Source: Gammaproteobacteria bacterium | GTDB lineage: Bacteria; Pseudomonadota; Gammaproteobacteria; UBA4575 | Assembly (NCBI GenBank): GCA_965221955.1 | Contig: CBDCTA010000021.1 | Coordinates: forward strand, 1-15,578 | Direction of reading: 5' to 3' | Length of the DNA: 15,578 nt | Notes under the pieces: generated by a model | What the model saw: the letters and a program-made list of their open reading frames with translations, nothing else | What the model was told of the DNA's origin: nothing | The model's database searches: none | Shown here: piece by piece, positions 10,178 through 15,578 of the stretch | How the letters are laid out: each line of letters opens with the position of its first letter | How positions within the stretch are numbered: the first letter of the stretch is position 1 | Made by a program: the position numbers and the translations under genes

Positions 10178-10350
10178 AAGGGACACTGATTTATTTTGAG
10201 ACGAGGCAAAAAATGTCGAAATGAGCGATGTGTATGTATTTATACATGAGCGCAATTGACCAGTTTTTGCTCCTGCAAAACTGGCATATCGTACATCCTT
10301 GTACATAAGATCATTTTTTAACGAAGTATCTGGGTAAATCAGGGTTTCTA
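10178..10350. mobile_element. MITE-like palindromic intergenic element in the tolB-pal spacer
   Basis: Imperfect terminal inverted repeats aagggacactgattta (10178-10193) / taaatcagggtttcta (10335-10350), 12/16 complementary; inner arms aaaaaatg / catttttt; central tgtat-gtattt-ataca hairpin. Confidence 0.6.
10258..10306 (-). repeat. 49-nt double-hairpin GGA-loop module, copy 1
   Basis: Minus strand: a-TGTACA agga TGTACG-atat-GCCAGTTTTGC agga GCaAAAACTGGT-c; aligns without gaps to 13549-13597. Confidence 0.8.
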
Positions 10351-10380
10351 GAATCGATTAACCACATAGAGGAGTGAGTT

Positions 10381-10908
10381 ATGACAAAGCAACTACTTAT
10401 AGTATTTTTTATAAGTTTATTTTTAATCTTGAGTGCTTGTAGTACTAGCACAAAGCAAATGCCTGGTGATGTCATCAGTGAAGATTACGAAGGTGGAGAT
10501 CCTTCCCTAGAAGGTGGCGCAACCGCCGGATTAGAAGGTGAAGGCGAACTAGCAATGGGTAGTCTTGATGATGTAATCGCAACTTCAGGTAATGTAGTTT
10601 ATTTTGATTACAATAGCGCTGAGATTCGAGATGAATCATTACCTTTAATTATGGCTGCAGCAGAATCGCTTAGTGCAAATCCAGCTGCGCAACTTCGTTT
10701 AGAAGGTCATGCAGATGAGCGAGGCACAAGAGAGTATAACCTAGCTTTGGGTGAACAGCGTGCACAAACTGTGCGTGACTTAATCATGTTGCAAGGCGTG
10801 AGCGGTAATCAACTCGACATTATTAGTTATGGCGAAGAAAAACCTGCAGTAGTTGGTTCTGGTGAAGAGTCATGGCAACAAAATAGAAGAGTAGAGCTGA
10901 TCCGCTAA
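10381..10908 (+). CDS. pal: Peptidoglycan-associated lipoprotein Pal
   Basis: Lipobox LSAC; OmpA-like domain VYFDYNS, EGHADERGTREYNLALGEQRA, SYGEEKP, NRRVEL; GAGGAG RBS. Confidence 0.97.
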   Translation: MTKQLLIVFFISLFLILSACSTSTKQMPGDVISEDYEGGDPSLEGGATAGLEGEGELAMGSLDDVIATSGNVVYFDYNSAEIRDESLPLIMAAAESLSANPAAQLRLEGHADERGTREYNLALGEQRAQTVRDLIMLQGVSGNQLDIISYGEEKPAVVGSGEESWQQNRRVELIR

Positions 10909-10923
10909 GTAAACACTTAAATT

Positions 10924-11790
10924 ATGGAAAAGAAATTAGGGAAGAATATTGGTATAGGCTTGGCAGCACTTGTATTAATACAAGTGTCAACCGTGGCTTT
11001 TGCGCACAAAAGTAATAACGAACGTCTCGACGCGATGGATACAAGAATGCAGCGCGTCGAGCGCATTACCAATAGCCAAGCTTTGGTGAACATGTCACAG
11101 CGTATCGATGCTTTGCAGCGTGAGATTCAACAGTTGCGTGGCGAAAATGAGCAATTAACGCACGAGCTTAATACGCTTAAGGCACGTCAACGTGAACAGT
11201 TCTTAAATATTGATCGACGTTTGCAGTCTTCAGCATCTGATGCCTCGATGGGCAGTTCGAATGGATCCATGTCAAATGGAACTGTTGTTACTAATGATGT
11301 AGCGATAAAAAACAATTCAGTAAACCAGTCAAGTGCTGCTGCAGGGACGACTGATAATCGCGTTGCAACGACTTCGGGAACTGTCATTTCTAGCAGTGCA
11401 TCAAATGATGCTGCGCAAGATTATAAACATGCGTTTACTTTGTTAAAGCAAGGTAAGTATGACGATTCTATTGTTGCGTTTAATAGTTTTTTGCAAACCC
11501 ATTCTGATAGTAAATACACATCGAATGCTCAATATTGGCTTGCCGAAGCCAACTACGTTTCTAAACGTTACCCACAAGCGTTAACGGAATTCACTAAAGT
11601 AATTGAAAAGTATCCTGCAAGCTCTAAAGTTGCTGATGCGAAATTAAAACTCGGTTTTACGCATTACGAGTTAGGGCAATATGAAGAATCGCGTATTGAA
11701 CTTACGCGTTTACGTGCTCAGTTCCCGAACTCCAGTGTTGCCAGTCTTGCGCAGCAAAGGTTAGAACGGATGGCGCGTGAAGGTCATTAA
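10924..11790 (+). CDS. cpoB: Cell division coordinator CpoB (YbgF)
   Basis: Signal peptide, coiled coil (EIQQLRGENEQL), S/N/T-rich linker, TPR domain with NAQYWLAE and AKLKLG; follows pal. Confidence 0.95.
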   Translation: MEKKLGKNIGIGLAALVLIQVSTVAFAHKSNNERLDAMDTRMQRVERITNSQALVNMSQRIDALQREIQQLRGENEQLTHELNTLKARQREQFLNIDRRLQSSASDASMGSSNGSMSNGTVVTNDVAIKNNSVNQSSAAAGTTDNRVATTSGTVISSSASNDAAQDYKHAFTLLKQGKYDDSIVAFNSFLQTHSDSKYTSNAQYWLAEANYVSKRYPQALTEFTKVIEKYPASSKVADAKLKLGFTHYELGQYEESRIELTRLRAQFPNSSVASLAQQRLERMAREGH

Positions 11791-11807
11791 AGAGGCTCTA
11801 AATTTCA

Positions 11808-12488
11808 ATGACAGCGACTATCACGCCATTAGAAAGGAATACTCAAGCAGAAAAATTACGCATTACTGAAATTTTCGCATCAATTCAAGGTGAATCTACC
11901 TTAGTAGGTTGTCCAACAGTGTTCATACGACTTACAGGTTGCCCGCTGCGTTGCCAATATTGTGATACAGCTTATGCATTCAGTGGTGGTGATTGGATGC
12001 GGCTTGATGATATTACCTCAAAAGTAGCTGGTTATAATCTTAAACACGTCACGGTTACAGGTGGAGAACCTCTTGCTCAAAAAACATGTTTAAGTTTGTT
12101 AGCTCAACTTTGTGATCAAGGCTATTACGTTTCATTAGAAACCAGTGGTGCTATAGATGTCAGTCAAGTTGATCCACGAGTCATTAAGATAATGGATGTA
12201 AAAACACCAGCTTCTGAAGAGGTGAACAAAAATCGTTGGGAGAATATTCACTACTTGCGCGAACAGGATCAGGTCAAGTTTGTAATTTGTAATTATTCTG
12301 ACTACGTTTGGGCAAAAAACATTGTTTCTGAATATCGGTTAACCAATAGATGTGAAGTTTTATTTTCGCCTAGTCATCAAGAATTAGAGCCTAAGCAACT
12401 CGCAGAATGGATTGTTCATGATCAACTTGATGTCCGTTTTCAATTGCAATTACATAAAACACTATGGGGAGATCTTGCGGGTAAATAA
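11808..12488 (+). CDS. queE: 7-carboxy-7-deazaguanine synthase (radical SAM)
   Basis: EIFASIQGE, FIRLTGCPLRCQYCDT, TGGEPL, ETSG, QLQLHK. Confidence 0.96.
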   Translation: MTATITPLERNTQAEKLRITEIFASIQGESTLVGCPTVFIRLTGCPLRCQYCDTAYAFSGGDWMRLDDITSKVAGYNLKHVTVTGGEPLAQKTCLSLLAQLCDQGYYVSLETSGAIDVSQVDPRVIKIMDVKTPASEEVNKNRWENIHYLREQDQVKFVICNYSDYVWAKNIVSEYRLTNRCEVLFSPSHQELEPKQLAEWIVHDQLDVRFQLQLHKTLWGDLAGK

Positions 12489-12512
12489 TAATTTTAGGTC
12501 CACCTAAAATTA
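12489..12512. repeat. Perfect 11-bp inverted repeat between queE and queC
   Basis: TAATTTTAGGT-cc-ACCTAAAATTA. Confidence 0.75.
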
Positions 12513-12534
12513 AGAACGTAAAAAATCTTATAGT

Positions 12535-13218
12535 TTGTCTAATAATAAAAATGCCATCGTCCTTCTTTCGGGGGGATTAGACTCAACCACAACACTCGCG
12601 GTTGCACAATCAGAAGGTTTCAATTGTTATACCTTGAGTTTTTCATATGGACAGCGTCACCGTGCAGAACTTATTGCGGCTGAAAAAATCGCAGAGTTAC
12701 ACGATGTTGTTGAACATAAGATCTTTGATATTGATCTTTCAACTTTTAAAGGTTCAGCTCTAACAGATCGCAACATAGAGGTACCGCAAGCACAATCTGA
12801 ATTTGGAGGTATTCCAGTTACTTATGTTCCAGCACGTAATACCGTTTTTTTATCTGTTGCATTAGCTTGGGCGGAAGTGTTAAAAGCGCAAGATATTTTT
12901 ATTGGGGTCAATGCAGTCGATTATTCAGGGTATCCCGACTGTAGAGCGGAATATATTCATGCCTATGAAGCAATGGCCAATCTTGCCACTAAGGCAGCTG
13001 TGGAGGGGAATAAACTTTCTATTCATACACCACTTATTTCACTAAGTAAGGCAGAGATTATAAAATTAGGAGATATGCTCGGTGTGGATTATGCATATAC
13101 AGTGTCTTGTTATGCTGCAGACGAGCAAGGTAGGGCCTGTGGAAATTGTGATTCTTGCTCATTTCGTAAGCAAGGCTTTAAAGATGCAAGAGTTGCAGAC
13201 CCCACTGTATATATATAA
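12535..13218 (+). CDS. queC: 7-cyano-7-deazaguanine synthase
   Basis: SGGLDS PP-loop, [24 protein letters not shown]...CGNCDSC zinc site; TTG start. Confidence 0.97.
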   Translation: MSNNKNAIVLLSGGLDSTTTLAVAQSEGFNCYTLSFSYGQRHRAELIAAEKIAELHDVVEHKIFDIDLSTFKGSALTDRNIEVPQAQSEFGGIPVTYVPARNTVFLSVALAWAEVLKAQDIFIGVNAVDYSGYPDCRAEYIHAYEAMANLATKAAVEGNKLSIHTPLISLSKAEIIKLGDMLGVDYAYTVSCYAADEQGRACGNCDSCSFRKQGFKDARVADPTVYI

Positions 13219-13274
13219 GTATAACCAACCACAAATGGATAGCTTATTGCATGGAGCTTTTTTAATATTTGCGG

Positions 13275-13293
13275 TAGGATAGCGCGCTTCGCG
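13275..13293 (+). promoter_or_regulatory. Candidate stable-RNA promoter -10 plus GC-rich discriminator
   Basis: TAGGAT (13275-13280) followed by agcgcgcttcgcg just before the tRNA; no good -35. Confidence 0.45.
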
Positions 13294-13294
13294 T

Positions 13295-13370
13295 GGGCCG
13301 TTAGCTCAGCTGGTAGAGCACTCGGCTTTTAACCGATTGGTCATAGGTTCGAATCCTATACGGCCCACCA
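13295..13370 (+). tRNA. tRNA-Lys (anticodon TTT)
   Basis: 76 nt; acceptor GGGCCGT/ACGGCCC-A-CCA, D arm GCTC..GAGC, anticodon loop CT-TTT-AA (13328-13330), T arm ATAGG-TTCGAAT-CCTAT. Confidence 0.98.
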
Positions 13371-13430
13371 CTATTCCTGATTTCTCATAGTTTAAAATTT
13401 ATAAAAACTTAAAATAACATCTGGACCAAT

Positions 13431-13606
13431 GTGCAGGTCTGAGAACCGTTATAGTTCGACAAAATTGTCGGGAACAAATTTGAACAGTGTAGCTTTGCTG
13501 CAATGGCCTGAAAGGTGGAGAACAGGAAGTCCGGAATAATCCTGTACGACCTATATGGATGTAGGAAGTGCAAATAATGCAGGAGCAATTATTTGCCTGC
13601 TCACCA
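13431..13606 (+). ncRNA. RtT-like tRNA-linked structured repeat ending in a degenerate copy of the tRNA-Lys 3' end
   Basis: Pattern tgagaa...gttcgac...gcctgaaaggtg...taatcc resembles the RtT repeat of E. coli tyrT as I recall it; closing stem gtgcagg (13431-13437) / cctgtac (13541-13547); ends aatcctgtac...tgctcacca versus tRNA aatcctatac-ggcccacca. Confidence 0.6.
13549..13597 (+). repeat. 49-nt double-hairpin GGA-loop module, copy 2
   Basis: a-CCTATA tgga TGTAGG-aagt-GCAAATAATGC agga GCaATTATTTGC-c; same length, loops and bulge as copy 1. Confidence 0.8.
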
Positions 13607-13689
13607 CACATCCGCATGGGTATTGTGCGCAAATTGAATATCGCGTAGCGACGCATTGCTCTATAGAGCGAATCAGTACTACTCGTGAG

Positions 13690-14331
13690 TTAATCTGTAT
13701 AACTTAAATTATTATCTATTAGATTCTCTTTATCTGTAATCTCTCTAGGAGTAGAGGGTGACATAGCATCAAAAAGCACCTCAATCTGCCTAGATGAAAT
13801 TTCGGGCGCAAAGGGTTGTTTGTGTTCAATTGAAAACTGTCTGAGTGATTTTTTTGTTTTACTACCAAATATACCGTCGATGTCTCCTGCAATATATCCA
13901 AGTCTATTTAAGTAGAATTGTATTGTAGTAATAAGCTGTCTTTCAGACCGAGTTTCCTTAGGCATAGCGCTTACTTGCAAGATAGCGAATATATTTTCAT
14001 CGTTAGCTTTTCGTGCATAATCCAATGCAGTCATATTCTCATTTGATACAAGATCAGCATTAGCTCCATGTTCTAAGAGTGTGAGAACAGCGCTAATGCT
14101 TCCCAAGCTGGATGCATGCATTAAAGGTGTTTTTCCACCCTTATACCTATAATCCACTTCTGCACCAAAAGCGATGAATTGTTTTACTTCGTTTTCGCTA
14201 TCCATTTTAATCGCGTTATATAGCGATTCATAAAGACCAATAGTTTGTGTTTTATTGGTTTCAGTAGACAGTGCTGTTTGCATGAATGCAAACATCGAGA
14301 TAAATATAATTAGTATTTTAGCGAAAGGCAT
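13690..14331 (-). CDS. Exported ankyrin-repeat protein with C-terminal peptidoglycan-binding domain
   Basis: Sec-type signal peptide; ankyrin motifs GKTPLMHAS..G...V..LLEHGAN and NMTALDYA; PG_binding_1-like IQFYLNRLGY..GDIDGIFGSKTKKSLRQF; AGGAG RBS 7 nt upstream. Confidence 0.85.
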   Translation of the reverse strand: MPFAKILIIFISMFAFMQTALSTETNKTQTIGLYESLYNAIKMDSENEVKQFIAFGAEVDYRYKGGKTPLMHASSLGSISAVLTLLEHGANADLVSNENMTALDYARKANDENIFAILQVSAMPKETRSERQLITTIQFYLNRLGYIAGDIDGIFGSKTKKSLRQFSIEHKQPFAPEISSRQIEVLFDAMSPSTPREITDKENLIDNNLSYTD

Positions 14332-14521
14332 TCCTCCGCTCCTAAAATAAATTTATATTTATCTTAGTGGGTTATATAAAATTCAGCCATGCGATTGGTT
14401 GTGAAATGAGAGCTGCATCAAGTTCTCTCATCTAGTTTTTAGAAATTGGTTTAGATAACCTTTCTTTTAATATTGTTAAATATTGATATCTGTTTGAATA
14501 AAATATTTTTACTTTATAAAT

Positions 14522-14548
14522 AAAAAAGCCCTGCTTGGCAGGGCTTTT
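14522..14548 (-). terminator. Intrinsic terminator (probably bidirectional)
   Basis: aaaaaa-GCCCTGC-ttg-GCAGGGC-tttt; U6 tail on the minus strand about 20 nt after the small ORF stop. Confidence 0.85.
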
Positions 14549-14567
14549 GTTGCAACATCTTGTATTG

Positions 14568-14690
14568 CTATCGATGTTGTTTCGATTCTCCATGGTGATA
14601 ATTATCAGCCTGATAAAAGTGCCAATACATATATAATGCAATCGCACCCACCGTTCCTAAGAAAACTAGCAAAGTATAAAAGTCTGCCAT
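14568..14690 (-). CDS. Small single-pass membrane protein, 40 aa, unknown function
   Basis: MADFYTLLVFLGTVGAIALYMYWHFYQADNYHHGESKQHR*; GAGGAG 6 nt before ATG 14690; terminator directly downstream; below the track length cutoff. Confidence 0.75.
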   Translation of the reverse strand: MADFYTLLVFLGTVGAIALYMYWHFYQADNYHHGESKQHR

Positions 14691-14755
14691 TTTCATCTCC
14701 TCAAGTTCCAACTTATAGTTAATTTCCATTTCTGGAAAAGCTTGGATTTGGTAGA

Positions 14756-14771
14756 CGCCAAAACCGTACCA
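14756..14771 (-). promoter_or_regulatory. Candidate sigma54 (-24/-12) promoter
   Basis: Minus strand TGGTACGGTTTTGGCG = GG-N10-GC, close to TGGCACGnnnnTTGC, 65 nt upstream of the small ORF start. Confidence 0.55.
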
Positions 14772-14982
14772 ATTATATGGTATTTAAGGTGTTGTTGCCA
14801 ATATTTGATGTTTTAGTTAAGGCTGTCGCAGTGTTCTCTAACTAGTTTGCCTCAAAATCACGATTCGGTCACATATCTAGCCATTATCTCCTTCTTTTTA
14901 CTAAATTTTTAATAGTCATTGCCGAAATCTTAATGCGGATAAATACGTATTTTGAAAATTGGAGTTACAAGGAAGTTAAACC

Positions 14983-15578
14983 ATGGCGGTATTTGACAAG
15001 TTTAAGCAATGGGTCGAAAAAGCAATTGAAAAGGCCCAGCCTGATAACGAAAAAGTACTAGACGAGCAATATCAAGAACAACTTGATATTGAGACACCAC
15101 GTGAAGAATTGTTTAAGCAAAACATTCTCATGGGTGATACTAGTCGTTCTGAAAATATTGGGGAACAGGCTGAAGCAGAAGAAATCAATGTAGCTTTTGA
15201 CTCAACCCTTCCCGAAAAAGATATTGAACGGGAATCTGAGACTTCACCAGAACAAATTCAAGCTGAAACTAGTATTCCCGATTTCTTAAAGCCAGATAGT
15301 AATTTTAGTGTATCAGATGAAATTGGTATTAGTTCACCTTCATCGTTTGTATCTAATGAAAGTGCTTCTTTGGATAATGATCCCGATGCAACCCAGTTTA
15401 ATCCTGCTCCATTACCAAATGATTTTGTGAGTTCTACTAAATCTTTCAATTCAACTACACCAACTGATGTTAATGACAATATAACTCCGAATCCTGATAC
15501 AAGTACGGGTGTTAGTCCTATCGTAGACACAGATACTGCTAATAATGAAGTTAATGAGAGTGTATCGATTGGGACCTC
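14983..15578 (+). CDS. 5' part of an acidic protein, probably a cadherin-repeat surface adhesin (runs off window)
   Basis: Open frame of about 198 codons from ATG 14983 (MAVFDKFKQWVEKAIEKAQPDNE...), AAGGA RBS, no signal peptide; D/E/S/T/P/N-rich; ends SPIVDTDTANNEVNESVSIGT, resembling the start of a bacterial cadherin repeat. CDS is well supported, product is tentative. Confidence 0.7.
   Translation, partial: MAVFDKFKQWVEKAIEKAQPDNEKVLDEQYQEQLDIETPREELFKQNILMGDTSRSENIGEQAEAEEINVAFDSTLPEKDIERESETSPEQIQAETSIPDFLKPDSNFSVSDEIGISSPSSFVSNESASLDNDPDATQFNPAPLPNDFVSSTKSFNSTTPTDVNDNITPNPDTSTGVSPIVDTDTANNEVNESVSIGT

Noticed and set aside
12489-12534. preQ1 riboswitch before queC
   Set aside because: A-rich tail present, but the hairpin loop is only 2-4 nt and lacks the preQ1-I loop consensus.
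13205-13220. LexA-box-like ctgtatatatataagt at the queC end
   Set aside because: Lacks the CAG half-site at CTG-N10-CAG spacing; explained by the V-Y-I-stop codons.
11808-13370. Functional link between queEC and the adjacent tRNA, or a 7-deazaguanine DNA-modification island
   Set aside because: Queuosine goes on GUN-anticodon tRNAs, not tRNA-Lys; cpoB-queE-queC-tRNA-Lys is a common gene order; no dpdA/tgt-like gene in the window.
13351-13606. attL/attR pair of an integrated element at tRNA-Lys
   Set aside because: The duplicate is degenerate, under 200 nt away, and no integrase is present; an RtT-like repeat explains it better.
13399-13656. 85-aa minus-strand ORF
   Set aside because: Lies over the structured repeat; no RBS or protein-like features.
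2149-13901. Remaining short track ORFs (2149, 2186, 3688, 5190, 6312, 6686, 7133, 8577, 11187, 13082, 13719)
   Set aside because: All overlap well-supported genes antisense or out of frame and show no motifs.
14591-14609. Fur-box-like palindrome tgataattatca
   Set aside because: Only 13/19 to consensus, inside the 3' half of the small ORF, not at a promoter.
14432-14647. 71-aa ORF from the track
   Set aside because: No RBS, runs through the terminator, and overlaps the better supported 40-aa ORF in another frame.
15258-15530. 90-aa minus-strand ORF
   Set aside because: Antisense shadow of the long plus-strand ORF from 14983.

Overview
AT-rich gammaproteobacterial chromosome segment. Left end (minus strand): pilW-like TPR lipoprotein, DUF2288-type protein and a YdjM-like membrane hydrolase running off the edge (missed by the ORF track). 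Centre (plus strand): the housekeeping cluster nudB - alpha/beta hydrolase - yebC - ruvCAB - ybgC - tolQRAB - pal - cpoB - queE - queC - tRNA-Lys(UUU). Right end, accessory-looking: an RtT-like structured tRNA trailer, a secreted ankyrin plus peptidoglycan-binding protein, an unannotated 40-aa single-pass membrane protein with its own sigma54-type promoter, RBS and terminator, and the start of an acidic, probably cadherin-repeat surface protein. The strongest unexplained signal is a 49-nt double-hairpin module present twice in opposite orientation (10258-10306 and 13549-13597). The copies are only 33/49 identical, yet every stem difference preserves pairing, both loops display GGA (CsrA/RsmA-site-like), and each copy sits inside a different larger palindromic element. 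Family assignments come from motif recognition only; no searches were run.
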